Source: Guillardia theta CCMP2712
Taxonomy: Eukaryota; Protista; Cryptophyta
Length of the DNA: 64,000 nucleotides
Assembly (NCBI RefSeq): GCF_000315625.1
Contig: NW_005434668.1
Span: 1,158,118-1,222,117, forward strand
Direction of reading: 5' to 3'
The notes below the pieces were generated by a model. The model was given only the letters and a program-made list of their open reading frames with translations. It searched no databases and was not told the origin of the DNA. Positions 1 to 11,292 of this stretch are shown piece after piece. Position 1 is the first letter of the stretch; each line of letters begins with the position of its first letter. A program made the translations under genes and the position numbers.

Positions 1-3000
1 TCGTCGGCGAGCCCGGACAGGATGGCCGGGAGGATGCGAGGGATGAAGGATTCCAGACTCTCCCCCATCGTGTTCGGGAGCGCAGAGAGCAGCATGAAGT
101 ATCCCTCCCGCACATGCGCGGCCTTCGCCTTGCACTGCACCAGCACCTCCTCCAAGATCCCCTCCAGCCGATCCGTCGGGCAGGAGCCGAGGACCTCGGA
201 CAGACCCAACGCTGCTCCTCCTCGCTCCACCACGCTTTGGTCGGACTTCATTGTTGCAAGGAGGTACCTCTCCAGCTCCTCGTAGTCCTTGTCGTCCATG
301 CTCTTCACCAGCGACCCGAGCGCCTTAGAGGCTGTGCTCCTCATATCGGGCGAGGGATCCAGGATCGAGTTCTTGACGATGGGCAGGATCTCCGGCAGGT
401 ACGGCGCTACGTCCTTGGGGTCCGCCACCAGGTTGCACATGTTGCCGACGATGGTCGCTGCCTTCTTCTTGAGGTCTGTGCTCCTGTGCTTCAGCCCTCG
501 CTGCACCATCGGCACCATGAGAGCGAGCGAGGGAGCGTCGACAGCGTTGACGAAGGTCGTCTCGATCACAACCTCCAGTGCTCTCGCCGTCTTGTCCGGG
601 TCTGACAAGGACTCGATGAGGATGGGAGCGATGGCCAGGATCTCAGGGTTCTTGATGACACTCCCGACGTGCCCCAGGGCCACCTGAGCTCCCTCCCTCA
701 CCTTCTGGTGCGTGTCTGACACGGCTGACGCCATGACAGGCACGATGGTTGGCAAACAAGTTCCCAGCTGACGAGGAGCGCAATAGGCCATGGCGCCGAG
801 CAAGTCGAGAGCTGCGGCCTTGGTGCGCCATGCTCTGTCTTCGACACCCTGGAGGAGAGCAGGCATGACGAGCTTCACACCCTGGCCACTCAGCTGGGAC
901 ATGACGGCTCGAGCCGACGACTCTCCCGCCTCCCGCACGGACTCGTCCTGGTCGCCGCACGAGTTGAGGAGGATGGGGAGGATCTGAATGACATAAGGCT
1001 CAAAAAGTCTCCCCAATCGATCGGAGAGACACTCGAAGCCGAAGAGAGCTCCCTGCCTCCTCCACGCGTTCTTCTTGTCGTTGGCTGCAGCCTGACATGC
1101 ACGAGTGACAACCCTTCTCTCAAGCCTTCCCTTCCTTCCCCTCTCCTTCTCTCTCTTTCCTTCTCTTCCCCCTGCGCTCCTCCTCCCTCCCACGTTCTCC
1201 TCTCTTCCATGTCTCCTCTCTGCTCCTCAACGAGCCATTTCTCTTCACTCTCATCGTCGGCTCACCTGCAACGTCGGCATGATGTCATGCGCCTTGAGCG
1301 CTGAGATCCCGATGCCTTTGACCATCCCGGCGAGACCGAACGCAGCCCCTCGCCGATCCCCGTACGTTTGACCCTCCAGCATCATCTCGATCATCTCCTT
1401 CACCATCCTCTTCACCTCCTCCGCGTCATCAAGCATGTTCATGAGGGGTGACAGGGCCTGGGACGCCGATCGCTGAACAGACTCTGACGGGGTTCCGAGG
1501 GCGAAGATCAGCCGATTGACCACGTCCTTGACCTGCCCATCAGCAGTCAGCAGTCAGCAGCACGATGGCGGGGGCTGCAGACGTCACCTTAGGGTCTCCC
1601 TTGGGGAGGAACTTGGCAAGGGAAGCAAGGAAGATGACGCAGCCCTCTCGCAGCAGGTCCGCCTGCCACGTGCCCGAGTCCGGCTTGTTGAGCTGCGTCT
1701 GCAGCATCGTGCTCAGAAGATCCATGGCGCCCTCTCCATGCAGCTCGATGAGCCGAAGGCCGGCCTTGATGATGTTGGCCCGAACATCTTCGTCGGGGTC
1801 GGTGAGGCCCTGCTCCTTGTCGGAGACGAGGAAGGGGAAGAGGATGATAATCTCTCTCTTGGAGACGTGCTCTGCGATGGAGGAGAGAGCTGTGGCGACT
1901 CCGCTGCGGATGACGGGATCTCCCTGCTTCTCCTCCCCCCCCTTGTTCTCCGTGTAGAGGGTCTTGAGCTGAGCCACCAAGTCCGACGCGAGCCCGGGGC
2001 TCTGCTTGATGAGGGTGGACAGACAGTCTCCCGCCGCCTTCCTCGCGTTCTCGTGAGGATGTGCTAGCAGCTTCGTCAGCTGCTCGGGCTCGAGCGTGTC
2101 CGTCTTGAGGTTGCAGGAGGAGGCGATCTCAGACGCCATGCTCGCCACCGTTGCGTCCTCGTCGTGCTGTAGGAGGAAGAGGGTTGAGAGCAGAGCAGGA
2201 TGAGGCTCCGGACCCGGAAGCCCCTGGACCCTCCTGAGACCCTCCAAGCAGGTGACGCGGACGGCAGGAAAAGTAGCCAGGCAGCCGTCGAGGAGCTCGC
2301 CGATGTCGTCGGGGGCGAGGAAGGAGCAGTTCCTGTGCAGAATCTCGCTCGCGCTCTTCCTCAGCCGAGCGTTCTGCGACATCACCTCAACCATCACCCC
2401 CACAATCGCAGACCTCGGCAGGTCCTCGTCCCTGTAGTGCATCCCCACCATCTCCACCGCCGCCTCCACCGCCTCCATCCCCACCGCCGGATTGAGGATC
2501 ACGTAACGGAGGAGCGGGAAGAAGAGGGAGAAGGAGGCAGCAGACAAGAGGCCCATCATCTGGACGTTGCCATGGACAGCGTTGATCGCTCCTCTCGCGA
2601 TGTTCCTCCTGTCGTAGTCGTCCCTCAGGCTCCCGCAGTGGATGGCATACAGAGCCTCGGCGATGAGGAGGGGGAACGATCGTTCGCAGGTGGAGGTCAG
2701 CGAGTAGATCACGTCGACGATCATGTCGGAGAGGAGGGGAGAGAAGGAGAGCGAGCAGATGCAGGAGAGATCCGCCAGGTACGCGTGCGCCCCCTGCTTG
2801 TTGCCGTCGCAAAGGGCCTTGAGGACGTTCAGCGCAGTCCTGACCCTGACAACCGCCTCCTGCACTCGCTCGCGGACCTGGTCCAAGGTGTCAGGTACAG
2901 TCCCGTCCTTCATCCTCGCCCTCGCCCTCCTCATACCCTCCTATTAGCCCTCCTACTACCCCTCCTACTACCTCTCCTCTCTCTTCTTCTCCTCCTCTTG

Positions 3001-3051
3001 CCTATTTCATGCAGACCCTCCCACTCGCAACGTCCATTCTCATCCTCCTCC

Positions 3052-3103
<52 letters not shown>

Positions 3104-5515
3104 CCTCATCCTCATCCTCACCTCTGCCTCCTCCGCCAGCTTGGCCTTGAAGACAGCTTCTTCCTGCTTCGTCATCTTGGGCTTCTCCTGCGCCTTCTTG
3201 CTAGCCCCGAGCTCTTTGGCAAGGTCACCGTAGAGCTTCTTGTCTTGCTTGCTTATCCTCTGGTTCACGTCAACCCTCACCTCCGGCACGTACCCGCTGT
3301 CCATGCTCGGGTTCTTTGCCAGCTGCCCCTCGGGGGTGCGGTAGATGATGATGTCCCAGGAGGAGAAGGAGAGCGTCTCAGGCTGCAGGTCCTCCCGCAC
3401 CAGATCCAGCAGCACGGGCATCAGCACGTCGACCGAGAGGATCGAGAGGGAGCGGAGACTCTCGATCGCTGCCCTCGACCTCGACGGGTTCTCGCTGCTT
3501 GCTCCCTCCTCGCCAGCAAGGAACTTGCAAAGGTTGTCCGCGTTGTCGCGCACGAGATCCTTGGTGGAAGAGCTGCTCTCCACCTCCATCTTCCTCCGCA
3601 GCCGGTCCCACAAGAACGGGACTCCTTCCTTGCTCCGCCCGTTGGCAGCCGAGAGGATAAGGTCAGAGTGCGCCATGAGCAGCAGCTTCGAGAAAACGTC
3701 GGGGGGGATGGAGGAAGGCACGATCGACAGGATGGCACGACCGTAGCGCAGGCTCGCGTGAGTTTGCGAGCTCCGCTCCTCGGAGCTGCCGGCTGAAGCC
3801 TTCGCCTCACTCAGCGAAGAGATGTCCTTATCCAACGTGTCGATCAGGCGTTCAAGCACGCCTTGCTCGCCCATCAGCTTCTTAACCGCCTGCGTCGCCG
3901 ACTTGTGCACGGAGAACGTCGGGTGCGACAGGAGCTTGCAGAGAGCAGCAAACAGAGGGGAGGCATCCTCAGGTTTGAGCTTGCGCAAGAATTCTTGCTG
4001 CTCCAGGAAGACAAACTGGATGATCTCAATGCTCGCCTGCAGCTGCTGCTCGTCAAGCGCCTCGTCCTGGATCAGGGAAGGCAGCTGCGCGTTCTGGGAG
4101 GTCACAAGGTTCCACGCCTTGGCCTCGTTGAGCTTCGCGCTGATCTTGGCGTCAACCTGCACGAGGCGCAGCAGCAGCTTGAGCCCCATCACCGCAGGCG
4201 GGCGATAGGCGGGCTTCTTCTCCGCATTCTGCACTAGCTTGATGAGAGGGGCTGCCAGCTCCAGCCCGCTGCTCGCGGCTTCCGAGTGCTCGAAGCCATG
4301 GGCGATAGACTGCACTGCCGAGGCTCGCAGGACGTCACTGCTTCCCTCCAGGGTCTTCGACAACATCTTGACGTAGTCCGGTGTCACCTTCCCCGTCCTC
4401 TTCACAACCTTCCCCAGCAGCTCGAGGCCGGCACACTTGGCCTCTTCGTTCAGCTCCTTGTCCGTCATGGCCACGAGCTGCGCCATATTCTCCTCGAGCA
4501 TCGGAACAATCCCCTTGCTCTTGCACAGGGTTGCAATCAGCAGCAGCCCCTTGAAGATGCCGATCCTCTCCTGCCACGTTCGCAGCTGACCTTGCTTTCC
4601 CTTTCCGAACAGAATCTTGGCTAGCTCGCTCCCCAACGCTGCGAGAGCTGTCGACTCGCTGCTCTGTCGCGTGAGAGCAGCGAGCAAACTCAGCACGGCA
4701 TCTTGAACTTTCTCTTGGGTGACTCGCTCCCGGACAACGGTTCCGAATTCCTCCAGATACCTTGACATGTCGATGGTCATAGCTTCGATGGAGGCTGAGA
4801 GAGACTCTAAGTAGAACTCGGGGGTTCGGCGGAGGATGTTCATGCATTCCGGCACGAGCTTCGCCACATCCTCGTGAGTCAAGAACCGCATGAGCCCTGA
4901 GAACGCCTTGGTCAAGGCCTCCGAAGGCTTCCTCCCCTCGCGCCCTTGCGTCGCCTCCTGCACGTTGGCGACGTACATCTTGATCAGATCCTCCTTATGC
5001 ATCGCAAACTCCTCAGTTGCTCTCTTCGAAGTCGAGCCCCAGAAACTGCACAGAGCGCTCGAGCCTCCCAGCACCTCCATCGGGTCCTTCATGGCTGACG
5101 CAGACGCCAAGAACACCTTGAAGAAATCCTTGATCCCATGGAACAGCAAGTGAACTCGGGCCATGCAAGACTTGACGAGCTTCGGTCTGGCATGAGAGCA
5201 AACCTTTCCTAGCGTTTGACATAACAGTGGAGCGCATTTCGTAAAGAATATATCAGAGTCTCCTTCGGCTGACTTGGAGACGTGGAGGAGAAACCGGCTG
5301 GTGCAAGAGACGAGAACCATCCAGGCGTGCGCGTCCGTCGCTCTCTTGCTGCCGCCGTTAAGGGCAGAGAAGCATCCCTCGTTGCAAAGCTTTCCACCCC
5401 TTCGCAGAACAGCTTGAAACAAGCTGAGGCTCGTTCTCCTGGTTTGCGGGTCATACGATCTCGACAGGCTTTCAACAAATATCTTCAATGTGGACTTCAG
5501 TTCTTCCTGTGACAT
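1..5515 (-). CDS. GCN1: GCN1 (eIF2-alpha kinase GCN2 activator, HEAT-repeat protein); multi-exon, 3' end runs off the window, an extra 5' exon is possible
   Basis: Exons 5515-3122, 2940-1588, 1532-1266 and 1091-1 join in phase. They translate to LGTPSESVQR, AAFGLAGMVKGIGI, RQGALFGFECLSDRLGRLFEPYVIQILP, AMAYCAPRQLGTCLPTIVP, IKNPEI and DAPSLAL, which are typical GCN1 motifs. Confidence 0.95.
3053..3121. repeat. (CAT)n microsatellite at the start of a GCN1 intron
   Basis: Run of catcatcat... immediately after the GT donor at 3121 (minus strand). Confidence 0.9.
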
Positions 5516-5569
5516 TTCATCTGGTGCAAAGAGTCAAAGGCCGTTGACTAGCGCCTCCTCCTCCTCCTC

Positions 5570-5669
5570 NNNNNNNNNNNNNNNNNNNNNNNNNNNNNNN
5601 NNNNNNNNNNNNNNNNNNNNNNNNNNNNNNNNNNNNNNNNNNNNNNNNNNNNNNNNNNNNNNNNNNNNN
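5570..5669. other. Scaffold gap (100 N)
   Basis: Run of n. Confidence 1.
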
Positions 5670-6239
5670 GCAGATGAAATACGATAGGCATGCGTGCAAA
5701 GACCACTGGCAACTCCTATTGTCTCTCTTCCTCCGCTCCTCCCTCCCCACCCTCCCTCTCCTCTCGTTCGTCCTCTCGCTCCCCTCGCCCCTCCTGCTCT
5801 CTCCCAACCCGCTCACTCCCCCTACCCTCCCCCATCTCCCTCACGTGATCTCTCTCCCTCGCCCTCTCCTCTCCTCTGTTTCGCTCACTCGTGGCTCTTG
5901 TCCCAATCCCCCATCGCCATCCTCTTCGTGTCCTTATCCCTTCCTTCCTGCCTTCCTTGACCATCTCTGACCTGATCCTTCTCTGCTTCTCCTCCTCCTC
6001 CTCGCCTCTCCTCCTCCTCTTCGCCTCCTCGTTCCTCCTTCTCTCATGTCTACATGCGCGTGCTCCAATGCTCCCACACCCCGACCAGGTGCTATGACCC
6101 CACCCTATATGCTCCACCGGAGAGGGTTGTGGAACCCCACACTTTAGCCTCTCTCTCATATCATGATGACCGGTACTTCTATATTGTACCCCCTTGAGAT
6201 GTCTAACCCACCCTGCTTTGCTGGGTTTTAGATCCACGG

Positions 6240-6490
6240 CAGTCACCTCAGTGACTCGCCAAGTTCCGCCGGCCCTGGCAACGGACCGGGTCGCCGGCCC
6301 GCGCCGCCGGGCGGCCGGGCGGCCGCCGCTGCGGTCCACTGCTTGATCGGACCGACGGGCGGGCGGGCCGGGCCGCCGCGGGCCGGGCCGTACTGAGAAC
6401 AGCGGAACTGATTCAGGGTTTACAAGGACTAATTCGATTCTTAGTATTTTCTTCATCTTTAGTAGGATCATGGCACTCAGTGACTCTTGA
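6240..6490. promoter_or_regulatory. GC-rich palindromic intergenic block upstream of GCN1
   Basis: Dense CCGG/GGCC words, gtcac-ctca-gtgac stem and gatcggac word. Similar blocks occur at about 14145, 41320 and 44355. Function is inferred only. Confidence 0.4.
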
Positions 6491-7108
6491 ATGGAATCCG
6501 ACTTCTCTCTCCGGGCCTCTCTCTTCTTCTCTCTCCCTCTCTCTTATCTTATTCTCTATCTCTCTCCGAGTCATGCCCTGCATGTCCGGGAAGAGTCTTC
6601 TTCACAATGGACAATCCAAGTTGAAACTGAACTGACAAATTACTACTAGCATGACAGTCTACTAAACTCGGTCTTGAGCAAAAACTGTCTTGTTACAACT
6701 AAGGTCGATATGGTGTCTGCATTCAACTTTGGCACAGTACACCCAGCCACAATTTGTTTTGATAATGATTGATCTTCGAATGTTCTCTAGGCCGAAAAAC
6801 AGAGGCTATTGACCGGACATGCAAGTTGCCGGAACTTACACTTGGAGCTAATTTGATTCTTATTTTCACTTGATCTTTGAGTAGGATCAAATGGATCTGG
6901 CGGACGCGGCCTCAGTCCGAAGTTGTCAGACTGTCTGACTCCGTCTGATCACTGTCACCCGAAGTTCAACGGTTTTTAATCATGCAGAGACAGCTCGCCT
7001 CAGTGATTCTTTTAGTGAGCCACGGGGGCAGAGACTGTGTAAAAACCTGGCTTTTTTAAAATAGGGGGCCGAACGTGATGGAGGGAAATTGAACGAGGAG
7101 AAGGACAA

Positions 7109-7197
7109 GAAGGAGAAGGAGAAGGAGAAGGAGAAGGAGAAGGAGAAGGAGAAGGAGAAGGAGAAGGAGAAGGAGAAGGAGAAGGAGAAGGAGAAGA
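7109..7197. repeat. (GAGAAG)n microsatellite
   Basis: Direct hexamer repeat in the intergenic region before TrmH. Confidence 0.95.
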
Positions 7198-7308
7198 GCA
7201 AGACAGATTCTCAGGAAGGAGAGAGTGGACAGTTGGAGGGACGTATCAGCGAGCAAGTCCAGACATAAAGTCTGATCCCCCAGGATCAAGATGTGCTTTA
7301 GAGAGTTC

Positions 7309-7866
7309 ATGGCAACCAGATCATTTCATCTGCTCCTTTCTCTTCTCTTCTTCGCAGAGCTGTCCTTCTCATGTGCTGCATACATGATCAATGCTCCGCT
7401 GTCTTCTGGCATCTTCAGCTCAGCATCCCCAGCCAGACTACGAGGCATACCAAGAGCTCGAGCTCCTCCATCGTCTCTGGCCAATAATCTCTTCATGAGG
7501 AGGAAGAGGAAGGGAGATCAGCGGAGCCGCTGGGAGACGCGCCATGTATCCGACTCCGTGCATGCCCCACAGCCCGCGGTGGACGGCATGGACGCAGGAC
7601 AGACGCGGGCGGCCAAGATTGAGGCAATGGCAGCAAGACGACAGTCAGGGTTGATAGTGGTGCTCGAGGACGCGTCGGATGCTCACAACGCAGGAGCAGT
7701 GATCCGCAGCTGCGACGCGTTCGGAGTGACGGAGATCTGGTTCGTTCACAACGGGATCAAGGAGGGGACGAGCATGCGACCGTACGTCGAGTCAGGACGA
7801 GCGTTCGACCCGGAGTCGCACTCTCTGCAGGAAGCGAGCTCCTCTGCAAGCAGGTGAGAAGGGAGG

Positions 7867-7961
<95 letters not shown>

Positions 7962-10377
7962 GGAGGGAGGCAGGAGGAGGGAAGGTGGAGGAGGAAGAGA
8001 GGGATGTAGGGGCACAAGAGGAGTGACCGAGAAGATAGAGTCCGATGCTTCCTCCTGTGAAGATTGAACGCCACCACCAGCTGGTTGCCTCCAGTCAGTC
8101 GAGGGGAGCGAAAGAAAGAGGGAAGGGCATGAAAGAGAAGAGGAGGAAGAGGGAGGGGGAAGGAGAAGGAGTGAGGTGATGGGGAAGAGGGACGAGGAGC
8201 GAGGAGATGGGGAGGGAGGACAAGGAGGGAAGAGGGAATAGGAAGGAGGAGGAGGAGGAGGAGACCGGTAGTCCTCAGCACAGAGATGAAGGTAGCAAAG
8301 AATCATGCAGATCTGAAGGAAGTCAGGGTGCAAACGAAACTTTGTGATGGTTGAAGTCGACTCACCATTGCTGATGATGCGATGAGGACGAGGAAAACCA
8401 AGAAGAGAAAGCCGAACAAGTAGTAGAAGCGATGCTGTGCGAGCAATCAGAAGATCGTGGTGATGGGGGAAGAAATAGGCGGGGGGTGGTTTGTAAGGAA
8501 GAAGACAGGAAGAGGACGAGGAGAAGGAGGGGNNNNNNNNNNNNNNNNNNNNNNNNNNNNNNNNNNNNNNNNNNNNNNNNNNNNNNNNNNNNNNNNNNNN
8601 NNNNNNNNNNNNNNNNNNNNNNNNNNNNNNNNGGAGGCTTGCAGGGGAATAGAGGGTGAGGAAGGAAGGGTGAGGAAGGAAGAGGAGAGGAGAGGAGAGG
8701 AGAGGAGAGGAGAGGAGAGGAGGGGAGGAGGGGAGGGGAGGGAGGGGACATGAAAGCGGCTTCTGCTGATGCATCTGAAGGTGGGTCTCTGCCCGGACAT
8801 TCATGTCAACCAAGGAGGCGCTAGAGGAGCTGAAGGAGATGGGATACTCCAACGTCTGTACTTGCTTCACACAGTCAAGCAAGTCTCTCTACCGCTGCTC
8901 CCTCCTCCAAGATAAGGTCCGATGCTCTTCCTCGTCCTCGTCCTCGTCCTCTTCCTCTTCCTCTTCCTCTTCCTCTTCCTCTTCCTCTTCCTCTTCCTCT
9001 TCCTCTTCCTCTTCCTCGTCCTCGTCCTCGTCCTTCGCGTCGTCCTCTTCCTTCGCGTCATCGTCCTCCTTTTCCATCCCCTTCCTCCTCTTCAACCGCA
9101 TCCTTCATTCCACTGTTGCTCCTGCTCCTCCTTTCCTCTGCCATTTTATTGTCATGCCCTCCTCTTCTCACTTACAAACTTTTCAGCTTGCGCTCTGGGT
9201 CGGCAACGAATTCGCTGGGTTGTCGGATGTTGCGATCAGTGCAGCGGATGTAGAGGTGACGCGAATCTCTGCTCTCCTACCTCCTGCTCTCTCCCGCTCC
9301 CTCCTGATCCCCTCCTTCTCTCCAACTCTCTCCTGCTCCCTCCATCTTGCTTCCTGCTTCCTGCCTTTCCTTCTCCCTCCTCCTTCTCATCCCATCTTAG
9401 CTCCCTCCTCCTCCTCTTCTGCCGTTACTTTCCTCTGCTAAACCCTTCACCCGTGTCTCCTCGTTCTCTCCTGCTCTCGGACTGACGGGAAGACAGTTGT
9501 ACATTCCCATGCGAGGAATGATTCAGTCGCTGAACCTCTCGGTTGCTGCGGTGAGATTGAGTGAGGAGAGAAAAGTGTGGATGGGTGGTGGGGTGGTGAT
9601 AAAGAGGGAGAGGAGAGGAGAGGAGAGGAGAGGAGAGGAGAGGAGAGGAGAGGAGAGGAGAGGAGAGGAGAGGAGAGGAGAGGAGAGGAGAGGAGAGGAG
9701 AGGAGAGGAGAGGAGAGGAGAGGAGAGGAGAGGAGAGGAGAAAAGGGATGGACGAGGAGTGCCTTTTTCAACAGGAGGAGGAAGAAGAATGAAATGACTG
9801 CAATGGTAGGCAATCTGCTTGAGTGAAATTTGTCGTCAAAGATCGCAGGAGAACGATGGCGAGAGGTTTGAACCATGGCCCCTTCCCTTCCCTTCCCTCC
9901 TCCCGCTTCATCATCCTCTCCATCTTCCCTTCCCATTTCCCTCCCTCCTCCTCTTCCACCTTCCCGCCATCACCTCCTTGCTCTCTTCCTTTCCTCACCA
10001 CAGATGGAGCAGGTGGACGCTGTCGCAAGAGGAGCAGCAGAAGATTGCGGCCGCCATGCAGTACAGGAGGTGAGGGAGAGGAGACGCGTGAGGGAAGTGA
10101 CGTCATGGCAGACGCGGGTTCCGAGAGAACGTGAGCAAGGAGAAGCGTGCGAGGTGAGCGAAGAGGAAGGAGGAGAGGAGGATGGGAAGACTGTGTGTGG
10201 AAGAGAGGAGGATGGAGATGGGGTTCAGGAGGGGAGGAATGGAGGGGTGGGGGGTCCGGTTGAAGTTACAGCTGGTGCTGACACGGCACAAGGATGGAGA
10301 AGACGTGGAGCTACCTGGTGCAGCAGTCGACCAAGGTAGAAGGACCCCTTGCGCATGCTGAAGTCAAGTACGAGTAG
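7309..10377 (+). CDS. trmH: SpoU/TrmH family tRNA/rRNA 2'-O-methyltransferase with probable bipartite plastid leader; about 8 exons
   Basis: SPOUT motifs lie across exons: LIVVLEDASDAHNAGAVIRSCDAFG, LWVGNEFAGLS and YIPMRGMIQSLNLSVAA. The hydrophobic N-terminus is MATRSFHLLLSLLFFAELSFSCAA-Y. The last exons splice to ...MEKTWSYLVQQSTKVEGPLAHAEVKYE*. Confidence 0.88.
7870..7954. repeat. (GA)n microsatellite in TrmH intron 1
   Basis: About 40 GA units. Confidence 0.97.
8028..8434 (-). other. Fragment of a TM9SF/nonaspanin (EMP70-family) gene: three C-terminal exons, antisense inside TrmH intron 1
   Basis: Exons 8434-8366, 8312-8266 and 8080-8028 have AG/GT ends and splice in phase to HRFYYLFGFLFLVFLVLIASSAM-ICMILCYLHLCAEDYR-WWWRSIFTGGSIGLYLL. 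This is the TM9SF 'YYLFGFL...LCxEDYxWWWRS' signature. Confidence 0.88.
8533..8632. other. Scaffold gap (100 N)
   Basis: Run of n. Confidence 1.
9608..9740. repeat. (GGAGA)n pentamer microsatellite, intronic
   Basis: Direct repeat. The same unit occurs at about 8682-8722, 11855-11960 and 12135-12340. Confidence 0.95.
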
Positions 10378-10436
10378 GACGAGAGGAAGAGCACAGCTTG
10401 TAGCTACTTGTTTCCTCCTCCTCCTCCTCCTCCTCT

Positions 10437-11244
10437 CTAGTCCTGCGTGTAGCTGTAGGCATTATCCACATTGAAGTAAGGAGAGAGAAAACTGAGCACA
10501 GCGGCGCATACGGCGACACCTGGAAGTTGAGGATGAGAAGGAAGATGAGGAGGAGGAGGAGAAGGATGAGGAGGAGGATGAGGAGGATGAGGATGAGGAG
10601 GAGGAGGATAAGGAGGAGGAGGATGAGGAGGACGAGGAGGAGGGATGAAACACCTGCTCCAGTGCTGATGTAGGACTGCCATGTCTCTTCCTCCTTAGCT
10701 GCTGCTTCCGGCTTTTCATCTCCTCCCTCCTTCCCTGCTCCTCCCTGGTTGCCATGGAGAGTAAGGTAGGAAGCAGTAGGAAGGAAGCTACCTCCGCCAG
10801 TGAAGTCGACGATTCTTCTCCTCCTCCTACTTCTGAACAAGTTTCCGAATTCATCTTCGACATGGAGGCTGAGGTGTATCGCTCTCCTTTCTCCGACGAG
10901 ATCTGCGGGGAGCAAGCAAAGTCCTCCTCCTTGAGCTGCACCGTCTCCTCCTGCTCCGTCCTCCTCTCGCCAGGTGTTGAGCTCCCTTCTTCCCGTACAT
11001 GATCTGTCAATGAGATCCAGTGAGAACGAGGAAGGGACACGAGAGGAGGAAGCGAAAGGGAGATCATGGCTGGTTGTAGTAAATGTTCAATGTTGTTCTG
11101 GAGGAGGAGGAGTAGAGCAGGTGGAGCAAGAGGAGAGGGAGAAGGAGGAGGAGCAAGTGGACGAGGAGGTATAAGACGCTGACTGCTACCGTTGTGTTCC
11201 GCCTGTGGAGTTTGCTGCAGGAGAACTCGAGGCTGTGGATGAGT

Positions 11245-11292
<48 letters not shown>

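Noticed and set aside
3002-3121. Poly-Met tail on the 837-aa GCN1 ORF
   Set aside because: This is read-through into an intronic (ATG)n microsatellite; the GT donor at 3121 splices in phase to 2940.
7746-8882. 378-aa minus-strand ORF
   Set aside because: It is built from microsatellites and an N gap. Only the short TM9SF exons inside it are credible.
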